The position numbers and the translations under genes are program-made. Shown one piece after another: positions 21,651-32,446 of a stretch of DNA of 64,000 nucleotides. This DNA comes from Polyangiales bacterium (lineage in GTDB: Bacteria; Myxococcota_A; Polyangia; Polyangiales; Ga0077539). Each line of letters starts with the position of its first letter. The stretch's first letter is position 1. The DNA lies in contig JAWKRB010000006.1 of the NCBI GenBank assembly GCA_041389885.1, positions 3,101-67,100 of the forward strand, given 5' to 3'. Under the pieces are notes generated by a model, which was not told the DNA's origin, searched no databases, and was given only the letters and a program-made list of their open reading frames with translations.

Positions 21651-24043
21651 GTGCCCACGCTCGTGAGAATCGCCTCCCTCAGCCTCGCCGCCTCGCTCGC
21701 CGTCGCGCTCCCCGGCGTCGCGCGCGCCGACACGCCGCCCCGGCTCCTCGAGGCGCCGACGATCACGCTCCCCCCGGCGAAGCCCGCTTCGCCGCCGACG
21801 CCTCGGTGCGCCTCGAGCTCCGCCTCGACGCCGAGGGGCGCGTCCTCGACGCGAGGGTCATCCAGTCGCTCGATGTCGAGACCGACGAGCGCGTGCTCCA
21901 GGCCACGCGGTCGATGCGCTTCGCGCCCGCCGAGCGCCAGGGCCGAGCGGTGCCGTCGGTGATCCGCTTTCGCTACCGCCTGCAGCCCGGCGACCCCCTG
22001 ATCCCCTTCGCGATGCCCGAGAACCCCTTCGCGGGTCAGGCCGACGCCTTGCTCGCCGCGGGGCGAGGGCAGCCGCCGCCGCCTCCTCCTACCCCAGACG
22101 AGGCCGCGGGCGAGGCCACCGTGCGCACGCGTCGCCTCGCGGGCGCCGCGACGACCATGACCCTGCGCGCCGAGGAGCTGACCACCGTGCCGGGGACCTT
22201 CGGGGAGCCCACGCGCGTGGTCGCGACGCTGCCCGGCGTGGCCCGCACGCCCTTCGGCCTGGGCTTCTTCGTCGTGCGCGGCGCGAGCTTCGAGAACACC
22301 GGCTTCTTCATCGACGGCTTCCCGGTTCCGGTGCTCTATCACTTCGGCGCGGGGCCCGCGGTGATCTCGTCGCGGCTCGTGGGTCAGCTCGATTTCTACC
22401 CCGGCGGCTATCCCGTGCAGTTCGGGCGGTTCAGCGCGGGGGTGATCTCGCTCGAGACCCGCCCTCCGCCCACCGACCGACCGTTCCTGGAGTTTCAGGT
22501 CGACACGCTGAGGGCCAGCGCGATGGCGGTGGCGCCCTTCGACCACGGCCGCGGCAGCCTCGCGGTGGCCGTGCGCCGGAGCTACTACGACCTGCTCCTC
22601 CCGCTCCTCGTCGACGGCGTCGGCCTCGAGTACGGCGACTATCAGGTGCGCGCCGACTACCGCTTCTCGGCGCGCTCGCGGGTGTCGCTCTTCGCGTTCG
22701 GCAGCTACGACCGCTTCGACCGCAGCGCCGCCGTCGGCTCCGGCACCACCACCGCCGAGCAGAACACCGAGCTCGAGTACGGCTTTCACCGCATCATCGG
22801 CCGCTGGGACTACGGCCTGCCCGGCGGCGCGCAGCTCTCCTTCGCGGCGAACGTCGGCGTCGACGACACGGGCTTCAGCTCGCTGAACCCCGGCTCGCCC
22901 GACCAGCGCTTCGCCGCGCGGGGGTACGTGCTCGGCGAGCGGCTCTCGGTGCGGGTCCCGACGGGGCGTCTGCTCACGACCACGCTGGGTCTCGACGTGC
23001 TCACCGTGAGCCTCGACGCCGACATCCGCGTGCCGCTGCCCGCGTCGATCGGCGGGGTGCCCGCGCCGGTGACCTCGCCTGACATCTTGAGCCTCCGCCC
23101 GCGCATCACGCAGCTCTCGCTGGCCGCGTACGTCGAAGAGTCGCTGCGGGCGGGTCCCGTCGAGCTCACCGCGGGCTTTCGCCTCGACCGGCTGATCTAC
23201 GGCAACGTGCAGACGGTGGTGGCCGATCCGCGGGCGACGCTGCGGGTTCGGGCGGCGCGGTGGCTCAGCGTGGTGCTGGCCTCGGGCTTCTTTCACCAGC
23301 AGCCGCCGTTCTTTCAGCTCGTGCCGGGCGTGCGCAACCCCAACCTCGTGCCGCAGCGCTCGTGGCAGAGCTCCGCGGGCTTCGAGCTCACGCTCCCCGC
23401 GAAGGTCGAGGCGCGCCTCACCGGCTACTACAGCGAGATGTACAACCTCATTCGCACGAGCAACGACGTGGTCGCGGGCCCGAACGGGCCGCAGCGCAAC
23501 CCCCTCGCGGACGACGGGCGAGGGAGGGCGTACGGGCTCGAGGTGCTCATTCGCCGCAAGCTCGAGCGGGGCTTGTACGGCTGGGTCTCGTACACCCTCT
23601 CGCGCAGCGAGCGCACCTACCAGGACCGCCCCGTCGAGCCCTTCGCCTTCGACCAGACGCACGTGCTGAACGTGGCGCTCTCGTGGGAGATCAACGCGCG
23701 CTGGCGCGTGGGCGCGCGCTTTCAGCTCGCCACGGGCTCGCCCCGGAGGGTCATCGACACGGCGTACTACGACGCCGACCGCGACCGCTTCGCGGCGGTG
23801 TTCGCGGGGCGCGGCGTGGCGGGGAACACCGAGCGCCTGCCCACCTACCACCAGCTCGACGTGCGGGTCGACTACCGCTTTCGCTGGGGCCCCTTCGACA
23901 TGTCGGCCTACCTCGACATCATCAACGTCTACAACGCGCAGAACGTGGAGAACTGGCTCTACCAGTACGACTTCGCGAGGCGGGTGGCCTTCCCGGGCAT
24001 CCCGATCCTGCCCACCCTGGGGCTCACGGGGACGCTGCGATGA
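21651..24043 (+). CDS. TonB-dependent-receptor-like outer-membrane protein with N-terminal TonB_C-like domain; frame-disrupted at a C6 tract (21770-21775)
   Basis: Signal peptide MPTLVRIASLSLAASLAVALPGVARA in frame 0. After the poly-C tract the sensible reading moves to the frame of ORF 21806..24043 (...GEARFAADASVRLELRLDAEGRVLDARVIQSLD...MRFAPAERQGRAVPSVIRFRYRL = TonB C-terminal-like). Then a TBDR plug (TVPGTFGEPTRVVATLPGV...FFIDGFPV...GVISLETR) and a long beta-barrel. One extra C restores a single ORF. Confidence 0.75.
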
Positions 24044-24939
24044 GGGCCCTGTTCTTCGCGGCGGCGGCGCTCTGCGCGGGGTGCATCGACGACCTCGACC
24101 CGAAGCAGATCATCACCGCCGCTCGGGTCGTCGACGTGATCGCCGAGCCCCCCGAGGTGCGCCCGGGAGAGCCGTCGAGGCTCTCGGCGGTCCTCGCGGG
24201 CGCCGAGGGCGAGGCGACCTACCGCTGGTCGCTCTGCCCGGTCACCGACCTCGGCGCGCTGGGGTCGGGGGCGAGCGCCTCGACGGGGGACTGCTTCACC
24301 GACGGCGCCGCGCTGCTGCCGCTCTCGAGCGACGCCGAGGCGACGCTGCTGGTGCCCGAGTCGGTCATCGCGCAGGCCACCGAGGCCGCGCGTCGATTCG
24401 AGGGGGCGCTGCCGCCGGGCGCGCTCGAGACCTACCTGCGCGACGTGGGGATCGCGCTCTCGGTGGTGCTCGAGGTGCAGGTCGACGGGCGCACGCTCCG
24501 CGCGCTCAAGCGCGTGGTGGTCTCGCTCAACCCCGCGCCCAACCGCAACCCGCCGCCGCCGCGGGTGCGCTTCGGCGCGCGATGGGTCTCCGCCGACCCC
24601 ACGCGCCCGGGGCTCTGCGTGGCCGAAGACGGCGCGGCGCTGAGCTTCGGGCCGGGCGAGACCGTGACGCTCACGCCAGACCCCGACGAGCGCTGGGCGG
24701 AGCGGTACACGGTGCTCACCGCAGACGGTCGCTTCGCGGTGCGCGACGAGCAGGCCTACTACTCCTGGTACGCCACCGGGGGCTCGCTGAACGGGCTCAC
24801 GCGCTCTCCGCTCCGCGACAACCAGTGGACGCTCCCCGGCCGGGTCGGCTCGCGCTCGGGGCACTCGCTCTGGATCCTGCTCCGCGACGGGCATGGGGGC
24901 TCCAGCGGCTGCCGGGTCGATGTCTCGCTGGCGCGCTGA
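24040..24939 (+). CDS. Lipoprotein of unknown function, coupled to the upstream OM protein
   Basis: ATGA overlap with the upstream stop; lipobox MRALFFAAAALCAGC; 299 aa. Confidence 0.7.
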   Translation: MRALFFAAAALCAGCIDDLDPKQIITAARVVDVIAEPPEVRPGEPSRLSAVLAGAEGEATYRWSLCPVTDLGALGSGASASTGDCFTDGAALLPLSSDAEATLLVPESVIAQATEAARRFEGALPPGALETYLRDVGIALSVVLEVQVDGRTLRALKRVVVSLNPAPNRNPPPPRVRFGARWVSADPTRPGLCVAEDGAALSFGPGETVTLTPDPDERWAERYTVLTADGRFAVRDEQAYYSWYATGGSLNGLTRSPLRDNQWTLPGRVGSRSGHSLWILLRDGHGGSSGCRVDVSLAR

Positions 24940-25055
24940 ACGTCGAGGTCGGCGTTGACGCACGCACATCGGGCGTGCCAAGGGTGCACCATTGCGGGCG
25001 TTGCGCGCTTCGCGGCGTCTCGTCGTTCGAACGAATGCTCTGGAGGCTTTTCTGA

Positions 25056-26914
25056 TGCGTACTCGGAACTGGTTGGCGATGTCGCTGGCCGCTGGCGTGC
25101 TGGCGAATTGTAGCAGCCCCGCAGCGGGCGGCGGCGGCGGCGGTGGCACCGACGCGGGTGGTGGTCAGGACGTCGTGTCGTCGATGGACGGCGGCACGAC
25201 CGACGGTGGCATGAAGGGCGGCGACGGCGGCACGGGCACCGACGCCCGCGCCGACACCGGCGCCACCGACCGCCCCCCGCCCCGCGACACGGGCCCGGTG
25301 ATCACCAACCCCTGCGCCACCGACGCGCAGGTCGACCTGACCAGCCGGATGCCGAACTCGATGGGCGTCGTGGTGTACCAGGGGAACAACAACCGCGCGC
25401 CCGAAGAGGGCGGCGTCACGCCCCCCATGGGGTGCATCGCGGGCACGGGCGCCTTCCTGGGCTACCAGGTGGCGCACCGCTACCGCATGCGCACCACCGC
25501 CGTCCTCGAGGCCTCGACGGCCAACGAGAACACCCTCGAGACCCTCGACACCGCCATCGCCGTCACGACCGCCTGCGGCGCCACCGGCATGAGCCTCGCG
25601 TGCAACGACGACGTGTCGCAGATGCTGCTGCAGTCGACGGCGCGCACCGCGGCGCCGATCCCCATGGGCACCGAGGTCTTCATCATCGTCGGCACCTACA
25701 ACCCCGCGTTCAACAACTCGGACGTGCAGGGCGACTACGAGCTCCAGATCCGCGAGGTCGCGCCCGTGCCGATCGGGATGCCCTGCACCGCGTCGAGCAT
25801 CTGCGCCACGGGCTCGGCGTGCATCCCGAACCCGGGCAGCACGACCATGGGCACCTGCATCGCCGACGGCGCGCAGGCCGCGCGCTGCCGCCTGCCGGCG
25901 ACGGGCGACGCCGGCGTCGTGACGCCGTGTGACATGGGCCTGGCCTGCAGCGTCGCGATGCCGACGGCCACCACCCGCGGCGTGTGCCAGCAGCTCCTGA
26001 TGGTGGGCGCGGAGTGCGGGGCCCCCGGCACGACCTGCGGCGCCGACGCCAGCTGCCAGCCGGCGCCGACGGCCACCAACCTCACCCGCCGCGAGTGCCT
26101 CGCCACGGGCGCCCAGGGCGGCAACTGCCGCACCGCCGACCCCCGCTGCGACGGGATGCTCCAGTGCTCCTCGTCGAACGCCTGCCGCGCGCCGGCCATG
26201 GCGGACGCGGCGTGTGACCTCACGGGTCGCCGCGATTTCTGCCCCAGCGGCCAGTCGTGCGCCCCCAACGCGATGCTCACCGGCGGCGTCTGCACCGCGC
26301 CGGGCACCGCCGCGGGCGCGCCGTGCCGCGATGTCGACGCGGGCGCGCGCTGCGACATGGGCCTCACCTGCTCGACCATGACCGGCGCCGGCGTCTGCCG
26401 CCGCGAGGTCGCCGTGGGCATGCCCTGCGACCTCAGCTTCAACACCACCACCTGCGCGATGGAGTCGGCCTGTCAGGCTGGGATGACCGCGGGGCAGGGC
26501 GTCTGCACCGCGCCGACCGCCGAGATGGAGATGAACAACACGCCGATGACCGGCAACGGCCCGGTGACCACGTCGACGGTGTTCCGCGCGGCGCTCCCCG
26601 AGGGCGACATCGACTGCTTCCGCGTCACCGTGCCCATGGGCGCGTCGATTCGGGCGCAGACCTCTGACGCCACCGGCGGCTGCAACCTGGGTATGGGCGG
26701 CGACACCGTCATGACCCTCCACGACGCCATGGGCGCAGAGATCGCGACCAACGACGACTCCGGCGGCACCCTCTGCTCCCTCATCGACGGCGCCACCACG
26801 GCGGCGGCGCGCAACCTCGCGGCAGGCACCTACGCGGTGTGCGTCGAGTCGTACCCCAACAGCCCGGCCATCGCGTCGTACTACCTCCGCCTGACCGTCA
26901 CCCCGGCCATGTGA
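25056..26914 (+). CDS. Cys-rich repeat lipoprotein (myxobacterial Cys-rich repeat type) with C-terminal PPC-like beta-sandwich domain
   Basis: Lipobox LAAGVLANC; Gly-rich linker. At least 7 tandem modules of form C-x(5-9)-C-x(3-6)-C (e.g. PCTASSICATGSACIPNPG, RCRLPATGDAGVVTPCDMGLACS, NCRTADPRCDGMLQCSSSNAC, PCRDVDAGARCDMGLTCS). C-terminus is GDIDCFRVTV...NDDSGGTLC...GTYAVCVESY. Confidence 0.7.
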
Positions 26915-27003
26915 TCCCGCCCCCGGAGCTCCAGCCTGGGGCTCCGTTCTGCCTCCCATGAATTCCTGAGAGCCCCGAGGGGGGTGCTACCGATGGCATC
27001 ACG

Positions 27004-27882
27004 ATGCGTTGGTCGCTCTCCCTCCCCAGCCTCCTCGCGGCGACCGTCGGCGCGCTCGCGGTGATCACCCCCGCGATGGGCACGGTCACCCGCACGCTGG
27101 GCGAGCAGGAGCCCCGGCGCGTGCGGCTGCGCACGCTGCGGGACGGTCAGCTCATCGAGGGCTCGTGCCCCGCGCGCTACCCGCGCTGCCTCTCGTTCAC
27201 CTTCGACGACGGGCCAGAGTGGTCGACCACGCCGCGGCTGCTCGACATGCTCGACGCGCGGCACATCCGGGCGACCTTCTTCGTCGTCGGTCACCGGATC
27301 TCCGGGCCCGAGAACCACCACCGGCTCAACCGCGGCGTGCTGCGCGACATCGCGCGGCGCGGTCACCGCATCGGCAACCACACCTTTCGCCACGTCGTGC
27401 TCGACGGGCTCCGGCCCGAGCGCATCGCGCGGGAGATCGACGACACCGCCGAGATCATCACCCGCGAGACGGGGAGGCGGCCGTGGCTCCTGCGCGCGCC
27501 CTTCGGCGCCCTGGCCTCGGATCGAGCGCTCAAGGCCGTGTTCTCGCGCCGCTACACCCCGGTCTACTGGCAGCTCGACACCGAGGACTGGAGCGTGAAC
27601 TCCGCCCGCGCGGTGCTGCTGAACTTTCGCCGCGTGCTCGACGAGAGCCCGCGAGGCGGGGTGGTGCTGATGCACGACACGCGGCCGTGGTCGGTGGCGG
27701 CCTTCCCCCTGATCTTGAACGAGATCGACCAGCGCAACGCGAGGCTCGTGGCGCAGGGCCAGGCGCCCTACCGCATCGTCGGGCTCGAGCACTTCTGGCG
27801 GCCGATGGGCCGCAGGGAGCTCCCCAGGGGGCTCCCGCTCCCGCGACGACCGCGGTCAGGGGTCCGGCCAGCTCCGAGGTGA
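27004..27882 (+). CDS. Secreted polysaccharide deacetylase (NodB homology, CE4 family)
   Basis: Signal peptide; FTFDDGP, HTFRH and LMHD motifs. Confidence 0.85.
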   Translation: MRWSLSLPSLLAATVGALAVITPAMGTVTRTLGEQEPRRVRLRTLRDGQLIEGSCPARYPRCLSFTFDDGPEWSTTPRLLDMLDARHIRATFFVVGHRISGPENHHRLNRGVLRDIARRGHRIGNHTFRHVVLDGLRPERIAREIDDTAEIITRETGRRPWLLRAPFGALASDRALKAVFSRRYTPVYWQLDTEDWSVNSARAVLLNFRRVLDESPRGGVVLMHDTRPWSVAAFPLILNEIDQRNARLVAQGQAPYRIVGLEHFWRPMGRRELPRGLPLPRRPRSGVRPAPR

Positions 27883-30234
27883 GGCCCACGCGGCGAGGAG
27901 GTAAATCGCGCCGGCGAGGGCGAAGGTGGTGGGGATGCCGAACCACACCGAGACGATGATCGCCGAGACCGATCCCAGCACGCTGGTCGCGCCGTTGAGG
28001 GCGAGCGCCACGGGCGCGCCGCGGGCGCGGTCGACGTAGCGAATCCCCGAAGGAAAGAGCGTGCCCAGCGCCACGCCCACGAGCGCCGCGCAGCCCCCGG
28101 TCCACGCCGCGCGCACCGCGAAGGGCGCGTCGAGGGTCGCCCGCGCGAGGGGACCGATGAGCACGTAGGGGAGCGTCGCGAGCACCGCCGCCGCGGCCGC
28201 GCAGGCGAAGGTCACGGCGCGGCGCGAGCGCACGAGCCGCGTCGAGAGCGCGCTGCCGACGCCGGTGGCCACCAGCAGCCCCGCGAGCACCACGATGAGC
28301 GCGTAGCTGGGGTGCCCGAGCACCACGTGCATGCGCTGCACGAGGGCCACCTCGGCGGCCATGAAGCCCGCCCCCAGCGCGCCGAAGTAGACCCCGGCGC
28401 GCCACGAGGGCAGCGGGGGCCGCGACGACGAGAGCGCCTCGCGCAGGGTCGGGCCCAGCAGGGTCAGTCCGACCAGCGCCACCGCGAGGAAGGTGAAGAG
28501 CAGCTCCGACATCGCGCGCACGTTGCCCGCGAGGGCGCCGCGGTTGCTGCGCGAGGCGCGGAGCGCGTCGAGGGGGTGGAGCCAGGTGCGCGGCGAGAGC
28601 AGCTGAAAGAAGAACGGGCGGTCGTCGGTGGGCGCCGAGGTGTCGAGGCCGTGGGGCACCCCCGCGGCCGCCAGCGCGTCGACCGAGCGCGCCTGCAAGA
28701 GCGTGCGCAGCAGCGGGTCGCGGGGCGCCACGTCGGGCGCCGCGAGGAGCGTGAAGCGCAGGCGGTCGACGACCTCGTGGAGCGTCGTGAGGTCGCGCGC
28801 GCCCAGCGGCGCGGGGCTCACGAGGATCGTCGCGACGTTGCCCGCGGCGACCAGGGCGATGTGGTCCCTGGGGGTGGAGGCGCCGCGGTCGAGGAGCGCG
28901 GCGACGGCCAGCGAGACCAGCCTCGCGGTCTCGCTCACGCGCTGCGGGTCGTACCACCGCGAGAAGGTGAGGATCCCGTCTGGGCTCGTGCGCCGCAAGA
29001 AGATCGCCCACGCCTCGCGCGTGTAGAGCGTCGACTCGGTGTGCGCGAAGGCGCCCGCGGTGGTGGCGGCCCAGGTGTCGACCAGCGACGCCTGGAGCAC
29101 CCTGCACCGGGCGTCGCTCCGCGCGAAGAGCGCCCGGCCGTCGCCCACCCGCCAGAGCACCCGCGGGTCGCGCAGCACCGGCGAGCGGGCGGCCACGCGC
29201 TGGAGCATCTCGATCATCGCCGGGTTCACCTCGGCGCCGAGCACCCGGTCGTGACCCGCCACCAACGCCGTGAGCAGGTCGCGCCCGCCGCCGACGCCGA
29301 TGACGCACGCGGTGCCGTCGGGGCGCAGCGCGTGGGCAGTGGCCGTGGCGTCGAAGCGCAGCACGTTCATCTGCTGCACGCGCTCGAACTGATACACCGG
29401 CGTGCCCGCCTCGCCGTCGATGAGCGCGCCCGCGACCCGGTAGCGGCCCAGGGGGGTGACGGGCGAGGGCGACCAGAGAAACGGCACCGGCGACTCGCTG
29501 AAATCGCGCAGGCGAACGTGGGAGATGGGGTTCCAGCGCTCGAAGAGGGTGACCTCGTCATCGCCGCGGGGCACCCCCTTGGGATAACGGATCACGAAGC
29601 CCGCGCTCGTGCCCGCGTCCACCGCGAGGGCGAGCATCGCGACCGCCGCGGTCCACCCCGCGCCGCTGCGCTTCGCCCGTTCCGACGTGGCCGCGGCGCC
29701 GAGGGCCGTGAGCGCCGCGATGGCGACGAGGGCGCCCGGTCCCGAGAGGGGGCCGAGCATCGCGAGGGGGAGCAGCGCGCCCACCGCCGCCGCGCAGAGG
29801 TCGACGGCGTACAGCGTCGGGAGGGGGACCTCGGACTCGGCCATGAGCCGCGCGACGACAGCGCCTCCGTACACCAGCGGGGCGGCGGTGGCGAAGGCCA
29901 CGACGAGCACGCCCGCGAAGGACGAGAGGTCCCCCGCGAAGGAGATGGGCATCGCGACCACCACCGCCGTCGCCGCGAGGAGCGCCCGCGACATCGACAG
30001 GAGCTTGCGCGAGAGCCACGGGCCCAGGGCGTCGCCGCGCTCCCGGGCGCGGGAGGCGTCGAGGGAGCCGGCGGTGAGCCCCAACATCGCGAGGGAGAGC
30101 ACGACGAACGCGAGGCCGTACCAGGTCGTCACCGAGAGGACGCGGGTGAAGAGGACCTCCACCGTCACGACCGAGGCGGCGACCAGGGCGAGCAGCGCGA
30201 GGGCGCGAGCACGAGGCAACGGCGCAGAATCCAT
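27856..30234 (-). CDS. Polytopic membrane protein with spermidine-synthase-like (aminopropyltransferase-fold) domain
   Basis: Multiple hydrophobic helices at both ends; central VIGVGGGRDLLTALVAGHDRVLGAEVNPAMIEML resembles the spermidine synthase/methyltransferase fold. 27-bp convergent overlap with the deacetylase. Confidence 0.6.
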   Translation of the reverse strand: MDSAPLPRARALALLALVAASVVTVEVLFTRVLSVTTWYGLAFVVLSLAMLGLTAGSLDASRARERGDALGPWLSRKLLSMSRALLAATAVVVAMPISFAGDLSSFAGVLVVAFATAAPLVYGGAVVARLMAESEVPLPTLYAVDLCAAAVGALLPLAMLGPLSGPGALVAIAALTALGAAATSERAKRSGAGWTAAVAMLALAVDAGTSAGFVIRYPKGVPRGDDEVTLFERWNPISHVRLRDFSESPVPFLWSPSPVTPLGRYRVAGALIDGEAGTPVYQFERVQQMNVLRFDATATAHALRPDGTACVIGVGGGRDLLTALVAGHDRVLGAEVNPAMIEMLQRVAARSPVLRDPRVLWRVGDGRALFARSDARCRVLQASLVDTWAATTAGAFAHTESTLYTREAWAIFLRRTSPDGILTFSRWYDPQRVSETARLVSLAVAALLDRGASTPRDHIALVAAGNVATILVSPAPLGARDLTTLHEVVDRLRFTLLAAPDVAPRDPLLRTLLQARSVDALAAAGVPHGLDTSAPTDDRPFFFQLLSPRTWLHPLDALRASRSNRGALAGNVRAMSELLFTFLAVALVGLTLLGPTLREALSSSRPPLPSWRAGVYFGALGAGFMAAEVALVQRMHVVLGHPSYALIVVLAGLLVATGVGSALSTRLVRSRRAVTFACAAAAAVLATLPYVLIGPLARATLDAPFAVRAAWTGGCAALVGVALGTLFPSGIRYVDRARGAPVALALNGATSVLGSVSAIIVSVWFGIPTTFALAGAIYLLAAWASPRSWPDP

Positions 30235-30401
30235 CTGGTTCGGCGCGGGACGCTACCAGACCGCGCCCGTAGCGGCGCGCCGAAGCGACGCATGACATTC
30301 GTGTCGCGATCGAGCCGATTGTCCCTCGACGGGAATGGGGCTACCCTGCGGCCTCGTTCGTCGGCGCTCCCCTCGATGCCCGCGCAGAAGAGAGACGAAG
30401 A

Positions 30402-31205
30402 ATGCGAATGGTCCGTCCCGCGCTCGCCCTTCTGCTCGTCGCCGCGCCCACGAGCTGCCAGTCGCCGTCGCCCGAGGGCGCGCGGGTGCAGCGGGCGCTG
30501 CGCGTGGGCGCCGCGGGGGCCCTGGCGGCGAGGGTCGCGGTCTCGCCGCCCGCGCGTCCCGACCCGAGCTCGCTCCCGCGGGCCACGGAGGGCGACCGCG
30601 GCCTGCGCTTCGAGGCCGACGACGCGCACCAGTCCATCGCCAGCGTGCGCGTGGGCGAGCAGATGGCCCTGGCGTGGACCAACCTCGACCACGACGGCCT
30701 CTGGTTCGGCACCACCGATCTCCACGGCGTGGGGCAGGGAGCCGCGCAGCGGATCTACGCCGCCGCCGAGGGCGAAGAGCGCGCCGAGGCGCCTTCGGTG
30801 GTCGCCACCGCCCAGGGCTTCGCGGTCGCGTGGGTCGATGGGGAGAACGGACGGGTGATGTTCCGTCGGCTCAACGCGCAGCGCAGGCCCGTCGGGAGGG
30901 CGGTGATCGTGCACGAGGGGCTCTCGTCGCCGCGCTCGGTGTCGCTCGCGCCCTCCGGCGACGGCTTCGGCCTGGCCGCGGCGCTCTTTGAGGGGGTGTA
31001 TTTCGCGCAGCTCGACGCCTCGGGCGCGAGGGTCGACGACGGCACCATGGTCAGCGAGGGCGAGCCCGTCACGGCGATGCAGCCGCTCCGTTGGGAGCGC
31101 GACGCCTTCACCCTCGCGTGGACCGTCACGCAGAACGGTCGCGCGGCGCAGGTGGAGCGCAGGCTGAGCGCGTCGCGGCGAGGGCGCCCGGGCCCGGTGG
31201 GCTGA
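30402..31205 (+). CDS. Lipoprotein of unknown function
   Basis: Lipobox LLLVAAPTSC; 267 aa, non-repetitive. Confidence 0.55.
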   Translation: MRMVRPALALLLVAAPTSCQSPSPEGARVQRALRVGAAGALAARVAVSPPARPDPSSLPRATEGDRGLRFEADDAHQSIASVRVGEQMALAWTNLDHDGLWFGTTDLHGVGQGAAQRIYAAAEGEERAEAPSVVATAQGFAVAWVDGENGRVMFRRLNAQRRPVGRAVIVHEGLSSPRSVSLAPSGDGFGLAAALFEGVYFAQLDASGARVDDGTMVSEGEPVTAMQPLRWERDAFTLAWTVTQNGRAAQVERRLSASRRGRPGPVG

Positions 31206-31221
31206 GCCGGGCCTCGAGCCC

Positions 31222-31779
31222 TCAGGTCTCGTCGATGATCGTGATCTCCGAGGCCGCCGTCGCGGTCTCGGCCGACTCGAAGCGCTGCACGGTCATCTCG
31301 AGGCGAAACGTGCGGCCCACCACGTCTTCGGGCCCTCGGATCGCCTCGAGGATCACCAGCTGCGCCCCCGAGGTCTCCCACTGGTCGGCGCCGACGCGCA
31401 CGAGGCCTCGTCCCTCGCGCAGGCGTACCCGAGCCGCCGGGTCGTTGAGCGCCGGGCCGCCGCCGACCGGCGCGACGCGGAACGAGAGGTAGATGTCGGG
31501 CCCCAGCGCGCGGTACCGCACCCGACCAAAGACGTGGTAGCCGCCCTGCGGGCCGTGAATGAGCTCGAGGCGGTTGCCGGTGGGGCTGAGGGGCTCCCAG
31601 GCGAGCTGCCCCGTGCCGAGCTCGAGGAGCTCCGCCCCGATGTCGGCGCTCGGGATCACCACCCGGTCGACCCCCGCGTCCGCGACGGTGCCGCCGCCGC
31701 CGCAGGCGCCCAGGAGCGCGCAGAGGGCAGCCGCCTTGAATCTCACGCCGTGCGCTGTCACCGCCGCGCAAACTAGCAC
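31222..31779 (-). CDS. Lipoprotein of unknown function
   Basis: AALCALLGACGGGG lipobox; the true start is possibly the internal GTG near 31743. Confidence 0.55.
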   Translation of the reverse strand: MLVCAAVTAHGVRFKAAALCALLGACGGGGTVADAGVDRVVIPSADIGAELLELGTGQLAWEPLSPTGNRLELIHGPQGGYHVFGRVRYRALGPDIYLSFRVAPVGGGPALNDPAARVRLREGRGLVRVGADQWETSGAQLVILEAIRGPEDVVGRTFRLEMTVQRFESAETATAASEITIIDET

Positions 31780-32001
31780 CGCGGCCCGAGGGATTCAGCC
31801 CCGAAGGGGAATGACCGGGCGGGGGGTGGCTGTTGACCGTGGCGGCGCGTGCGTGCTAGCAGCGCGGGCCGCGCGGAAGTGTCCTTGGAGGGCATCGAAG
31901 CCGCGAGGGCGCTCCGCGGCGCCCACACGCCTCCGCCCTCCATCTGCTGCCCCTGTCCCTCTCCACCGCGCCGCGAACCGCTGCCCCACCGAAGAACACC
32001 T

Positions 32002-32436
32002 ATGACCCCTTTGATCCAGCTCGAACACCTGGCCAACCACGCCGCTCTCACCTTCATGGCCTGGCAGCCCGCGGCGCGCCCGAGCGGCGGGGGCGGGGGC
32101 GGCGCGGCGGCGGGGGGCGCATCGCCCGCCTCGCCCGGCGGCATGGGACAGATGGTCAACAGCTTTTTGCCGCTGATCGTCGTCGGTTTCATCTATTTCT
32201 TCATGCTGCGACCCATGAGCAAGCAGCGTAAAGAAGAAGAGGAGACCCAGAAGTCCATTCGCAAGGGCGACCGGGTGGTGACCTCGTCGGGGATCATCGG
32301 GACGATTCATGAGCTAGAGGAGCGCGAAGTGGTGCTGGAGACCACGGAGCGCACGCGCATCCGCGTGCTGCGCAGCACCGTCAACAAGAAGTACGACCCC
32401 GCCGCGGAGGCACGCGCGGCGCAGGCGAAGTCGTGA
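32002..32436 (+). CDS. yajC: Preprotein translocase subunit YajC
   Basis: FLPLIVVGFIYFFMLRPMSKQRKE...KGDRVVTSSGIIGTIHELEE signature; immediately upstream of secD. Confidence 0.85.
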   Translation: MTPLIQLEHLANHAALTFMAWQPAARPSGGGGGGAAAGGASPASPGGMGQMVNSFLPLIVVGFIYFFMLRPMSKQRKEEEETQKSIRKGDRVVTSSGIIGTIHELEEREVVLETTERTRIRVLRSTVNKKYDPAAEARAAQAKS

Positions 32437-32446
32437 GGTCCCTGGA

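Noticed and set aside
21572-23851. 759-aa minus-strand ORF
   Set aside because: Antisense shadow of the TBDR-like gene.
24797-26959. 720-aa minus-strand ORF
   Set aside because: Antisense of the lipoprotein and Cys-rich lipoprotein genes; Gly/Arg/Ala junk.
31844-31880. TTGACC-18nt-TAGCAG upstream of yajC
   Set aside because: -10 element is poor and promoter consensus in this high-GC lineage is uncertain; not confidently callable.
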